This document shows positions 8,872-18,607 of a stretch of DNA of 64,000 bases, in pieces. Location of the stretch: assembly GCA_964572155.1 (NCBI GenBank), contig CAZNDZ010000003.1, positions 266,224 to 330,223 on the forward strand, given 5' to 3'. A program made the position numbers and the translations under genes. Origin of the DNA: an uncultured Planctomycetales bacterium. Its GTDB lineage: Bacteria > Omnitrophota > Gorgyraeia > Zapsychrales > Fredricksoniimonadaceae. Each line of letters opens with the position of its first letter. The stretch's first letter is position 1. A model generated the notes under the pieces. That model did no database searches. It saw nothing but the letters and a program-made list of their open reading frames with translations, and was not told the DNA's origin.

Positions 8872-9892
8872 AACTTCCCCCTTTTAAGATGGCTTTATAA
8901 AATTCTTCTCGCTTGCGTATTACTAAAGCTTCAACATCAGCAACCGCGTCTTGACGTTTTTGGATAGTTTTCTCTATCATTTTGTCCAAATCATCTAAAC
9001 TGATCAGCGTAACACCATCAACATCAGCAACGGTTGGCTCTATATTGCGTGGCATGGAAATATCAATTAACATGAGAGGATTCTTACGTTCTGAAACGAC
9101 ATTTGCAACGAGATCTTTGGTGATCACATAATGCGGCGCACCCGAAGAACAGATGCACACGTCCACTTGTGTGAGCACTTCCTTCATATTCCAGAAAGGC
9201 ACAAACTCTGCTTTAACTTCTGCAGCCACAGCTGCGGCTTTTTCGGGCGTGCGATTCATCAGATAAATGTGTTTGGCTTTGCGTTGATGTAAATAATTGA
9301 GCGCCATGCAACCCATTTTTCCAGAACCAACCACCAAAATGCTTTTGTCTTCCAATGAACCTAATAGTTTCTGAGCGGTGCTGACAGCAGCCGCACTGAC
9401 TGAAACGCCACCAAAATCAATCTGCGTATCTTGGCGCGCTTTCTTGCCAGTCTCTAATACAAAGTTCGTTAAAATATTTAACACACGATCCATCATGCCT
9501 TTTTCACGGGAAAGATTCACAGCATCCTTGATTTGTCCTAAGATTTGCTTCTCACCTAAGATCAGAGAATCAAGGCCACACGCGACTTGTAAGAAATGAT
9601 CGACGGCATCTGTTCCTTCTTTACAATAAAACATGTTTAGCAAATTAGCATCTTGTGAGAGATGCTTGATATTAAATAAATGATTCAATACGACCGATTC
9701 GTGACAATCATCAACCACATTGACATAAATTTCACAACGATTACAGGTAGATAAAATGATGGCAGATATAACGGAAGGTTCATTCTTTAATTGAGCAATC
9801 AAAAGCTCTTTTTCTACGGTGGTTAAACAAAACTTCTCACGCATGGCGATGGGGGATGTTTTATGATTGATCCCTAAAGCTAATATCTTCAT
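8846..9892 (-). CDS. hemA: glutamyl-tRNA reductase
   Basis: 348 aa. Conserved STCNR(C/T)E active-site region and NAD(P)-binding GxGxxG. Overlaps the monoheme cytochrome gene start. Confidence 0.9.
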   Translation of the reverse strand: MKILALGINHKTSPIAMREKFCLTTVEKELLIAQLKNEPSVISAIILSTCNRCEIYVNVVDDCHESVVLNHLFNIKHLSQDANLLNMFYCKEGTDAVDHFLQVACGLDSLILGEKQILGQIKDAVNLSREKGMMDRVLNILTNFVLETGKKARQDTQIDFGGVSVSAAAVSTAQKLLGSLEDKSILVVGSGKMGCMALNYLHQRKAKHIYLMNRTPEKAAAVAAEVKAEFVPFWNMKEVLTQVDVCICSSGAPHYVITKDLVANVVSERKNPLMLIDISMPRNIEPTVADVDGVTLISLDDLDKMIEKTIQKRQDAVADVEALVIRKREEFYKAILKGGSYERTTSKV

Positions 9893-9912
9893 GCCTCTCC
9901 TTGAAAGGTGTA

Positions 9913-10284
9913 TTAATGAAGTGTGTTTAAAATCTTGTTTACATTTGGCACCAATTGTTCAACCAAATGACTTTTACTAATAAAAGTCTTAATCAGATGC
10001 TTACTATTGAGTCGTTCGATGGTTTTAATATCAAACATGGTTAACATGATGATCGAACAACTTGGGAGTATGGCTTTGATCTGCGTTGCGGCATCAATCC
10101 CGTTGATACCACCTAACCAGAAATCCATTAAAATAATTTCCGGTCTTACTGCTTTTGCTTTAACAATGCCTTCCTCACCAGATGCTGCTTCAACCATTGC
10201 TGCTTTAATGTGGCTAATTTCTAAGAAACGTTTAACTTCTTGGCGAAATTCTTTATGATCTTCCACGATCAAGATGGTTGACAT
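9913..10284 (-). CDS. stand-alone response-regulator receiver (CheY-like) protein
   Basis: 123 aa. REC-domain acidic pocket and conserved Lys. No output domain. Confidence 0.8.
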   Translation of the reverse strand: MSTILIVEDHKEFRQEVKRFLEISHIKAAMVEAASGEEGIVKAKAVRPEIILMDFWLGGINGIDAATQIKAILPSCSIIMLTMFDIKTIERLNSKHLIKTFISKSHLVEQLVPNVNKILNTLH

Positions 10285-10393
10285 AATCCCCCGTGAAAAA
10301 AAATTAATAACTTGAGAAAGATTATAAAATTACAGGCTGGATAAATACATGCGCTAAACTACCGAATCATCTACGTAGTATCACGCAGAAAGG

Positions 10394-11038
10394 CTAGATA
10401 ATCCCCTTGGCAATGGCATATTTGACCAAAGCTGCGGTAGTTTTAAGGCCAAGCTTATGGATAAGATGACTACGATGCGTCTCGACGGTGCGGATGCTAA
10501 TTTTGAGTTTTGTAGCAATGTTTTTATTGGCATGACCTTGAGCAATCAATTTTAGAATCTCTTTTTCACGCGAGGTTAATATTTCTAATGATGGGCTGTC
10601 GCCTTCTCTCACAGAACTTAAATATTGATTGGTAATGATCTCTGAAATGGCTGATGAAACATAGGACTTACCTTTCATGACCATCTTTATCGCAATGACC
10701 AAGGAATCAAACGCTCTATCCTTAAGGATGTAGCCTTTCGCCCCATTGGCCATGGCGCGTTTAAAATGTTCTTCATCTTTTTGCATGGTTAAAACAAGGC
10801 ACTTTGTTTTAGGAAATTCCTTTTGTATCTCTTTTAAGGTGGCCAAGCCGTCTAAGTTTGGCATGGAAAGATCCATGACCACACAATCAACCGTAACTTT
10901 TCTTAACTTCTCCAATAACTTCTCTCCATCTTCAGCTTGGGCCACAACTTTAAAGTCAGGCTCTTTCTCTAATAAACCCTTTAAACCTGAACGAAACATT
11001 TCATGATCATCAGCTAAAATAACGCGGATTGTTTTCAT
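10394..11038 (-). CDS. NarL/FixJ-family response regulator (REC + LuxR-type HTH)
   Basis: 214 aa. N-terminal receiver with DDH..D..MP motifs. C-terminal LuxR HTH (LTSREKEIL...IA..L.IS..TV..H). Confidence 0.9.
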   Translation of the reverse strand: MKTIRVILADDHEMFRSGLKGLLEKEPDFKVVAQAEDGEKLLEKLRKVTVDCVVMDLSMPNLDGLATLKEIQKEFPKTKCLVLTMQKDEEHFKRAMANGAKGYILKDRAFDSLVIAIKMVMKGKSYVSSAISEIITNQYLSSVREGDSPSLEILTSREKEILKLIAQGHANKNIATKLKISIRTVETHRSHLIHKLGLKTTAALVKYAIAKGII

Positions 11039-12090
11039 ATTTTCTTTAACGATACAGGAACTTCCAATGTGATCGTTGCCCCTTGGTTAACGTGAGATTT
11101 AATGATAACCCGACCACCTAACAAATGCGCGCGTTCTTGCATGGTGGCAAGACCCAGCCCAAAAGTCTTACCATTGGTTTGAAAGCCACGGCCATTATCA
11201 ATGATGGTTATCTTCAAATTATCCTTCAATCGTGTCATGCGGACTTTGACGACGGTTGCCTTGGCATGTTTAATGCTGTTAGTCAATGCTTCTTGTACAA
11301 TCCGAAATACGTTGATAGCATCCCCCTGAAAAATCAGATTTTCAGTCTTAACAGGATAAAAATGCACTTTAAAATTCTTTTGATGATTAATGTCGTTGAT
11401 CAACAACTTTAATGCCGCGCCCAAACCAAGAACTTCCAGCGACGACGGACGCAAGCGTGTTGCTAAATTGCGTGACCGTTCAATGATACCGCTCAAATAA
11501 TTTACAATCCGCTTGTCATCAACCTTACATTGTTGACGGTCCCCCTGATCTAACAATGACGACTGAATCATCATCTTTAACGTTGCCAATGATTGCCCTA
11601 AATCATCATGAATATCGCGCGCAATGCGATTGCATTCACCTTCTTGAGCTTGAATGATACGCTTAGGTAAAGCCTTGATCTGTTCTTCCATTAATTTACG
11701 CTGTGTGATCTCAGTACGAATGGCAACATATTGATATGGCTTATTTTTTTCATTTAAAAACGGGACGATGGTTGTATCAACCCAATACAAACTCCCATCT
11801 TTTGCACGATTACACAACTCACCCTTCCACACCTTGCCGTTGGCAATGGTGCGCCATAGATCTTTGAAAAACTCTTTAGAATGATGCCCCGAGTTAATGA
11901 TCCGATGATCCTGCCCCAATAAATCTTTTTGAGAATACTTGGATATCTGACAAAATTTATCGTTTACATAGATGATCTTGCCTTTTTGATCAGTAATGGC
12001 CACGATCGATGAGGCATCTAGCGCAAACTTAATGTCGGCAAGTTCTTTGAGGGATTTTTCTAAGGTGTTATTTTTAATTGCTTGATTCAT
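11035..12090 (-). CDS. PAS-domain sensor histidine kinase (HisKA_3/NarX-type dimerisation domain + HATPase_c)
   Basis: 351 aa. N-terminal PAS. H-box RIARDIHDDLGQ of HisKA_3 type. N/G1/G2 boxes (DNGRGF, GLGL). Overlaps the response-regulator gene by 4 nt. Confidence 0.85.
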   Translation of the reverse strand: MNQAIKNNTLEKSLKELADIKFALDASSIVAITDQKGKIIYVNDKFCQISKYSQKDLLGQDHRIINSGHHSKEFFKDLWRTIANGKVWKGELCNRAKDGSLYWVDTTIVPFLNEKNKPYQYVAIRTEITQRKLMEEQIKALPKRIIQAQEGECNRIARDIHDDLGQSLATLKMMIQSSLLDQGDRQQCKVDDKRIVNYLSGIIERSRNLATRLRPSSLEVLGLGAALKLLINDINHQKNFKVHFYPVKTENLIFQGDAINVFRIVQEALTNSIKHAKATVVKVRMTRLKDNLKITIIDNGRGFQTNGKTFGLGLATMQERAHLLGGRVIIKSHVNQGATITLEVPVSLKKI

Positions 12091-12155
12091 AGATTAATTC
12101 GCATATTGGTATGTGAATTCTAGCATTTTGTCCTCATTTTAGAAAGGAGTTAAAC

Positions 12156-12824
12156 TTACTTTTCAAATTCTTGTCTAACTTTAAGGATTTCCTGATTGGT
12201 GTACTGCTCTTCTCTTAGTAAATCCACGGTAAGTATTTGTGGGGAGGGAATAAACGGTTGGATCACATAATGAGCCGCATGCTCTAGCCGTTGTTGTATG
12301 GCTTTAAGATCATCTGACAAACACAAAGACTTTACCAACGTTGTGCGAAATTGATGGGGCAATCCACTATGAATGATCAAATCTATGCTTTGCTCTATTT
12401 TTTTTATTTCAACCGATATGCCAGCAGCTTCATGATACCTAGACATAGAAGTTTTTATATCCATCGCTATATAATCGATAAGCTTTAAATCAATGAGCGG
12501 TGCTAAAACTTCAGGATTACTCCCATTCGTATCTAACTTAACAGCAAACCCAATATGTTTTAGTTTGACGATGAAATCAACTAAGTCTTTTTGCAGGGTT
12601 GGCTCTCCGCCACTAATCACTATCCCTTGCAGTTGATGACGACGTCGTTCAAAATAATTTAGAACTTCTTGTGGGGATAACGAGGTTTGAAATTGCTCGG
12701 GTAAAACCAAATGCGGATTATGGCAAAAGCCACAGCGAAAGTTGCACCCTTGGGTGAAAACAATCGCTGCGACTTTTCCAGGAAAATCGACCAACGTTAA
12801 GCGTTGAACACCGCCTATACGCAT
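12156..12824 (-). CDS. nrdG: anaerobic ribonucleoside-triphosphate reductase activating protein (radical SAM)
   Basis: 222 aa. CNFRCGFCHN radical-SAM cysteine cluster. Immediately downstream of and overlapping nrdD. Confidence 0.85.
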   Translation of the reverse strand: MRIGGVQRLTLVDFPGKVAAIVFTQGCNFRCGFCHNPHLVLPEQFQTSLSPQEVLNYFERRRHQLQGIVISGGEPTLQKDLVDFIVKLKHIGFAVKLDTNGSNPEVLAPLIDLKLIDYIAMDIKTSMSRYHEAAGISVEIKKIEQSIDLIIHSGLPHQFRTTLVKSLCLSDDLKAIQQRLEHAAHYVIQPFIPSPQILTVDLLREEQYTNQEILKVRQEFEK

Positions 12825-14917
12825 AACTGATACGTTTTTCTATCGATGAATTCTTCTTTTTTACCCTTATTCCACTGTTTGACCGGCCGCAAGTATCCAA
12901 CTACCCGAGAATATACTTCACATTCGCAATCACATCGTGTGCATTTTGGATGCTCCCCTGCTAAATATCCACAACTAGGACAAACACTAAACGTCGGGGT
13001 AATTGTAAAATATGGCAACCGATATTGCGTGCAAATGGTACGAATCAATTGTTTTAATCCTTCGGCATTATCAATGCGTTCCCCAATAAAACCATGTAGC
13101 ACTGTGCCTCCGGTATACAATGTCTGCAAATCATCTTGATGGTCCAACGCCTCAAAGATATCTGCCGTATGCTGCACCGGCAAATGTGTTGAATTAGAAT
13201 AAAACGGCTCATGCCCATGTTGATAATCAGCTTCATTGGCGCAAATGATGTCCGCGAACTTGGCTTTATCTAATTTAGCTAAACTATACGACGTGCCTTC
13301 CGCTGGCGTTGCTTCCAGATTGAAAATATTGCCGGTTTCTGTTTGGTATTGCATCAGGGCTGCACGGATATACTCCAGAACCCTAATCGCAAAGGCCTTA
13401 CCTTTTTCTGAGGCAATATCTTCACCCAACAAATTAAGACACGCTTCATTCATCCCCAACACGCCAATGGTTGAGAAATGATTTTTCCAATATTGATTAA
13501 AACGTTCCTTAATATGCCGTAGATAGAATTTAATATAAGGATAAAGATTATCGTCGGTAAGCTTTTCTAAAATCTTACGTTTGATTTCTAAACTTTCTTT
13601 GGCCAAATCCATGATTTGTTGCAATTGCAAAAGAAATTCTGACTCACTGGATGTTGTGTATGCTATGCGAGGCAAGTTGATGGTCACAACACCGATTGAT
13701 CCCGTCAAGGGTGAGGCGCCAAATAAGCCCCCGCCTCGACTTCTTAACTCGCGATTATCAAGACGTAAGCGACAGCACATGCTGCGCGCGTCTTCCGGAT
13801 TCATGTCTGAATTGATAAAATTTGAAAAATACGGAATGCCATATTTTGCTGTCATCTTCCACAACAGCTCTAAATTTGGATTTTCCCAATTAAAATCTTT
13901 GGTCATGTTATACGTCGGTATTGGAAACGTGAATACGCGCCCCTTCGCATCCCCAGCTAACATCACTTCAAGGAAAGCCTTATTAAACATATCCAATTCT
14001 GTTGTAAACTCACCATATGTTTCTTTTTGAACAACCCCGCCGATGATCACCCCTTGATCTTTATAGTAACTTGGCACTGTTAAATCCATGGTGATATTGG
14101 TAAATGGTGTTTGAAAACCAACACGGGTTGGCACGTTGACATTAAAGATAAACTCTTGTAGGGCTTGCTTAACCTCGTCGTAAGTTAACTTATCATAACG
14201 GATAAACGGGGCTAACAAGGTATCAAAATTCGAGAATGCTTGAGCTCCAGCTGCCTCTCCTTGCAGCGTATAAAAGAAATTAACAATTTGCCCTAAGGCG
14301 CTGCGAAAATGCTTGGGCGGCTTACTCTCCATTTTTCCTGTCACACCTTTAAATCCCACCGTCAGTAAATCTTGCAAGTCCCAACCAACACAATACACAC
14401 TTAACAATCCCAAATCATGGATATGAAAATCCCCGCGTTGATGCGCTTCCTTGATCACCGTTGGATAAATGCGATTAAGCCAATAAACTTTGCTGACCTC
14501 TGACGACAGATAATGATTCAACCCTTGCAAGGAATAAGCCATATTGCTATTCTCATTTACCCGCCAATCATGTTGATCTAAATATTTATCAACCAAATCG
14601 GTGTTGAATTGAGACGCAATCTCGCGAATTTCTGCGTGTTGTTGACGGTAAATGATGTAGGCTTTGGCGGTTTTACGGTATGGTGATGAGAGTAAGACAT
14701 CTTCGACGATATCTTGTATGGCTTCAACGGTTGGGCTATCTGCATAAATCTGTTGGGCAATATTCACGACACGCATGGTTAACTTCTGCGCCATATCCAT
14801 CTCAAACTCGCCGGTGACTTGACCTGCTTTGGCGATCGCCGTTGTTATCTTGTGAGGATCAAAATCTTCTGCCCTGCCATTGCGTTTGACAATCTTCGTG
14901 AATAAAGCACTTGCCAT
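12815..14917 (-). CDS. nrdD: anaerobic ribonucleoside-triphosphate reductase (class III RNR)
   Basis: 700 aa. N-terminal ATP-cone (VIKRNG..E.F...KI). C-terminal Zn-ribbon CPSCG...CTRCDC and glycyl-radical RVVGYL motif. Confidence 0.9.
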   Translation of the reverse strand: MASALFTKIVKRNGRAEDFDPHKITTAIAKAGQVTGEFEMDMAQKLTMRVVNIAQQIYADSPTVEAIQDIVEDVLLSSPYRKTAKAYIIYRQQHAEIREIASQFNTDLVDKYLDQHDWRVNENSNMAYSLQGLNHYLSSEVSKVYWLNRIYPTVIKEAHQRGDFHIHDLGLLSVYCVGWDLQDLLTVGFKGVTGKMESKPPKHFRSALGQIVNFFYTLQGEAAGAQAFSNFDTLLAPFIRYDKLTYDEVKQALQEFIFNVNVPTRVGFQTPFTNITMDLTVPSYYKDQGVIIGGVVQKETYGEFTTELDMFNKAFLEVMLAGDAKGRVFTFPIPTYNMTKDFNWENPNLELLWKMTAKYGIPYFSNFINSDMNPEDARSMCCRLRLDNRELRSRGGGLFGASPLTGSIGVVTINLPRIAYTTSSESEFLLQLQQIMDLAKESLEIKRKILEKLTDDNLYPYIKFYLRHIKERFNQYWKNHFSTIGVLGMNEACLNLLGEDIASEKGKAFAIRVLEYIRAALMQYQTETGNIFNLEATPAEGTSYSLAKLDKAKFADIICANEADYQHGHEPFYSNSTHLPVQHTADIFEALDHQDDLQTLYTGGTVLHGFIGERIDNAEGLKQLIRTICTQYRLPYFTITPTFSVCPSCGYLAGEHPKCTRCDCECEVYSRVVGYLRPVKQWNKGKKEEFIDRKTYQLCV

Positions 14918-15006
14918 AGTACCCTCCTCATTTGATGTACACCATATATGGTATAAATAAATAATGAAGTACTATGACTAATTTCTAATTAGAAATAAAT
15001 GCGTAT

Positions 15007-16575
15007 TTATACTGATCTGGTTTTTTGATTAATCATCCCAACGGTAAAGACAAGGAAAAGCAGCTCAACAATGGCATAAATAATGAGTGTTGTGGCAACA
15101 CCCGAGGTAAATCCGTATGAATGCAGACCAACGCTTAAAAGATTAACTCCAAACCATGCCCACATGACAATGAGTAAGCCAATCACACAACCAACAGCAA
15201 CGCCTAGCGCATCAATCATTTTTGCCACACGCGCATGCAAAATGATGGCAATCCACAGCACAATCATTAAGGCCCCATTTTCTTTAGGATCCCATCCCCA
15301 AAAACGACCCCAGCTTTGATCCGCCCAAACACCGCCGAGATTTGTTCCTAAGAATGTTAACGTCAATGAGAATCCCAAGATGCCCATGGTTGTCTTATAG
15401 GTTTTATCCAACATGGCTTGAGGTTTCCCAAGTGCCGCTTGAATTAACCACACATGCCCCAACACACCGGCGACACATGTTGCGCCATAGCCCATGGTGA
15501 TGGTGGTCACATGCGTTGCCAGCCAAAAATTAGAATCCAAGACAGCAACCATCATGGTTAAGGTGTCCCCGTCAGCACTATAGCGATTGGCAATAAACAA
15601 CATGACGGCACCACAAATCGCCGCTGTAATAACCCCAAGCCATTGGCGATTATTACGCTCGATAAATAATCCTAAGATCACCCCCATTAACCCTACAAAA
15701 ACAAATGTTTCATATAAATTTGTTACAGGTGGACGATCCATAATAATCGTGCGTGCAATCAAACCTAACGCATGAGGGATAAATCCACAGATGACAGCCC
15801 CTAGCCCTAAAACATACCCCAGCTTCTTTGAAGAAGCCAACGAGGCAACAAATAATAGAAACGCCAAAATATAAAAAACAATGGCCCACGTAAATGGGCT
15901 GCTTTTGTGATACAACAATTCTAATGGGAACTTACGGACATTGGCCTGCTCTGATTTTGAAAGCTTACCCCCCACGACGTTGATATACCCCACAACTGCC
16001 GCATCAAAATCTGCCTGATTTCCAAGACGGTAACTTGCTGACATTGCACGCCAATAAGCTGTCATTTCCTCGGTCTGGTCGACGACCAAATGCATATTCG
16101 CATAAGAACGCGACAGATCGGCATAGATATTGATGTTGTCAAAAATACGCAGGATTTCTCGCTCTACTAATGAACGTTCTTTCTCTGAGATATTTCTAGC
16201 TTGCGATTGAAGCTCAGCGAGTTTTCTATAAGAACCTTTTAACTGCGCAGGTGTATAACGCCGATGTGAATCTACGGGAATCTCTAACGCTGCTGCGATG
16301 TCAGGATTATTAATTAAGAACACACGATCACTCATGGTTTTCTCTTCGAGAAATAAAACATCCGCCAACCAGGCAATGCCTTCTTCTTTTTGATAATGAT
16401 CTTTTCCAGAGAACTGTGTTAATACACTGCGGGCAAATGTATCAAGCGGCTTAACGCGGCCATTTTCGATCACAGGGATGTGTTTAAACTGCGTCAAATC
16501 CTTAACCCCTGAGGCAAAAGCACTGTGCGCTCCACAAATAAACAATATGCTTAAGAAAAATATTTTAATTTGCAT
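15007..16575 (-). CDS. ccsA: cytochrome c biogenesis protein CcsA/ResC (system II heme lyase subunit)
   Basis: W-rich WGxxWGWDPKENG (WWD) heme-handling motif and multiple TM helices. The likely start is the ATG at 16573-16575 (MQIKIFF...), which overlaps the ccsB TGA by 1 nt and suggests translational coupling. The track ORF extends to 16644. Confidence 0.85.
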   Translation of the reverse strand: MQIKIFFLSILFICGAHSAFASGVKDLTQFKHIPVIENGRVKPLDTFARSVLTQFSGKDHYQKEEGIAWLADVLFLEEKTMSDRVFLINNPDIAAALEIPVDSHRRYTPAQLKGSYRKLAELQSQARNISEKERSLVEREILRIFDNINIYADLSRSYANMHLVVDQTEEMTAYWRAMSASYRLGNQADFDAAVVGYINVVGGKLSKSEQANVRKFPLELLYHKSSPFTWAIVFYILAFLLFVASLASSKKLGYVLGLGAVICGFIPHALGLIARTIIMDRPPVTNLYETFVFVGLMGVILGLFIERNNRQWLGVITAAICGAVMLFIANRYSADGDTLTMMVAVLDSNFWLATHVTTITMGYGATCVAGVLGHVWLIQAALGKPQAMLDKTYKTTMGILGFSLTLTFLGTNLGGVWADQSWGRFWGWDPKENGALMIVLWIAIILHARVAKMIDALGVAVGCVIGLLIVMWAWFGVNLLSVGLHSYGFTSGVATTLIIYAIVELLFLVFTVGMINQKTRSV

Positions 16576-17576
16576 CAATGTTCTTTCGTCCGAAATGCAT
16601 GTATTAAATAGTGCAAGGCCAATCCAAAAAAGACAACCAAACATGCCACATATGGCAAGACTCTGGCAAAATTCTTAACCACAGCCAGCGTCGAATATTG
16701 TCGACCAAACTGGTCTTTGTCATATGAAGCCTGATAAATTGTATAGTCCTTATACTTTAATGGATTATTCATAAAGATCTTTGCCTGCCTCTTTAAAGAA
16801 CCGGTATCAATCATCACATGGCTTTCATAATTCTTAGCCATGCTAGTCCCTGGGAGAAATTCGGCTTTAAAACTATCGAGCGTGATCTTAAATGGCAGAG
16901 GAAATACTTTATGACGCAAGATGAAATAATACCTTTGTCCGTCGATCAAAGCTGTTGCAGGCTGTTCAATTTGACCATCTAACATAAACTCGAGTGGCTT
17001 ATCATTGACCCAAAGCTCAAAAACACCGCTGGCATTATTCTCAACGTTGTTTAAATGAAACTCTTTCACCACAAGGCGGGCATTCTTATTTACGAATGGC
17101 AATGTTGTATTTGATTTGAAGTGTTCTACATCTAAGGCCGTGATGGCACGATCTTGTTGCTCTCCAGTCCAATACGCCAGTTCCCATGCTTGATATGAAA
17201 CCGATACATTGGTTGATTGCCCCTCGGCTAAATGTATGGCAGATTCTTCTGAGACATGAAAAACCATAAAAGCGGCCACAAAATAAAATAACAACCCGAC
17301 ATGGGTGATTAATAAACCCGCATTCACCCACTGACTATATCTCTTTAATGAAAGCAGCGTCATGGCAAGCAAGTTGACAAACAAAACCCATAACACTGAT
17401 TGAGCACCTGGGAATGGGAGAAATCCGCCGGCCAAAAAGAAGAAGGAATTAAAGAAACGTTCCTGTGACGCATACAAACCTTGTTGCACTTGAGCGATCG
17501 TGCCCCAAAATGTCAAGATCAGCAACAACGTCAAACATGTCACCGTGATCACAGAAGAACTTAAACGTTTTAACAT
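16575..17576 (-). CDS. ccsB: cytochrome c biogenesis protein CcsB/ResB (short form)
   Basis: 333 aa. N-terminal TM helices, periplasmic domain, and C-terminal ResB-family block NNPLKYKDYTIYQASYD. Confidence 0.8.
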   Translation of the reverse strand: MLKRLSSSVITVTCLTLLLILTFWGTIAQVQQGLYASQERFFNSFFFLAGGFLPFPGAQSVLWVLFVNLLAMTLLSLKRYSQWVNAGLLITHVGLLFYFVAAFMVFHVSEESAIHLAEGQSTNVSVSYQAWELAYWTGEQQDRAITALDVEHFKSNTTLPFVNKNARLVVKEFHLNNVENNASGVFELWVNDKPLEFMLDGQIEQPATALIDGQRYYFILRHKVFPLPFKITLDSFKAEFLPGTSMAKNYESHVMIDTGSLKRQAKIFMNNPLKYKDYTIYQASYDKDQFGRQYSTLAVVKNFARVLPYVACLVVFFGLALHYLIHAFRTKEH

Positions 17577-17580
17577 GGTA

Positions 17581-18246
17581 TTATTTTCGACGCAACGATT
17601 GAACTAAACCTATCAAATGATCGCGTTCTTTCTTTAGTGAAGCAACGCTTCCTGATAACTTTACAAAGATCGTAGAACCATTCAACGTAAACATACCGAC
17701 AACCAAACTTTTAGTTGTGCCTGCTGCCCCATCTTGCAAAGCTGTTATATCATACACTTTTGCTTCTTGACCGTCTTTGGTCTTAAGCGCAGTAACACCT
17801 TTAAGCAATTTATCTAAATTTGCTTCACTCGGTTCTACGCCAACTTGCCCAAGCCAGCGTTTGAGGTTTGAATCAACACCGCCAGCTTCACCACCAAGCA
17901 TGATGATAGAACATTCGAACGCCTTAGGATCATTCTTTAATCTAAATGTGGCTAAACGCATAGGATGACCGCCCACAATTTCCCAACCTTGTGGCACATC
18001 CCAATCCAAAATACTTTGTGAAGGAATTGTTGTATCTGCGCCCATTGCAGACATATCCATCCCTGCATGAGGGTCCGCCATATTCATACCTGCATGCGGA
18101 TCATCCATATTCATGCCCCCGTGTGGATTTTCCATATTCATGACCACAGGAGGCTTTTGAGGCACTGTCTCTGTAAAATGACGTTCTTGAATTTGCTGTT
18201 GGCAACCTGTAAAAACTAACAAAGCAATGATGACTGACCAGATCAT
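17581..18246 (-). CDS. periplasmic lipoprotein with Met/His-rich repeats (putative Cu(I)/metal-binding) heading the ccs operon
   Basis: 221 aa. Lipobox LVFTGC. Three tandem M-N-M-x-D/N-P-H-x-G-M repeats (MNMENPHGGMNMDDPHAGMNMADPHAGMDMS) followed by a globular domain. The gene starts 5 nt upstream of ccsB. Confidence 0.5.
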   Translation of the reverse strand: MIWSVIIALLVFTGCQQQIQERHFTETVPQKPPVVMNMENPHGGMNMDDPHAGMNMADPHAGMDMSAMGADTTIPSQSILDWDVPQGWEIVGGHPMRLATFRLKNDPKAFECSIIMLGGEAGGVDSNLKRWLGQVGVEPSEANLDKLLKGVTALKTKDGQEAKVYDITALQDGAAGTTKSLVVGMFTLNGSTIFVKLSGSVASLKKERDHLIGLVQSLRRK

Positions 18247-18356
18247 AAAAACTCCTCATTCATTTTAATTAATTTCGTAGGAAGAATTAATATCTCACAA
18301 AATCAACTAAAATGATATGAGGAAATTTACAGACGACAATCTGTATAACTACGTAC

Positions 18357-18605
18357 TCAGTGCCACTGTGAAGAGTCTGTCTTATGTTTGACCAGTAAAT
18401 TATTATCAACCGTCTCAACACCTGCAACAGCGGTTGCTGTATTGGTTGCCAGATTCAATTGTTTTTCAGATGACACTTGACCATCTAAGGTCACGGCACC
18501 ATTTTCAACTGATACTTTAATGTTAGATGTATCTGGTGTTAAACCTTGATCATCTTTAATGGCTTGTTGCACAGTTTGTTGCGATTGTTTATCTTTAGAT
18601 TCCAT
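18357..18605 (-). CDS. BON-domain protein
   Basis: 82 aa. The sequence VENGAVTLDGQVSSEKQ...A..V.GVETVDNNLLV matches the BON-domain pattern seen in OsmY. Confidence 0.6.
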   Translation of the reverse strand: MESKDKQSQQTVQQAIKDDQGLTPDTSNIKVSVENGAVTLDGQVSSEKQLNLATNTATAVAGVETVDNNLLVKHKTDSSQWH

Positions 18606-18607
18606 GA

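Noticed and set aside
12718-13139. Small ORFs overlapping the nrdD/nrdG junction and nrdD interior (12718-12900, 12846-13139, 13054-13236)
   Set aside because: They are embedded in or antisense to nrdD/nrdG with no independent signals. The real genes overlap by 10 nt as is usual for nrdDG.
16478-16678. Track ORFs bridging ccsA/ccsB (16478-16678 plus, and the 15007-16644 N-terminal extension of ccsA)
   Set aside because: The extension overlaps ccsB by 70 nt. An in-frame ATG overlapping the ccsB TGA gives a signal-peptide-like N-terminus, so the shorter start was preferred.
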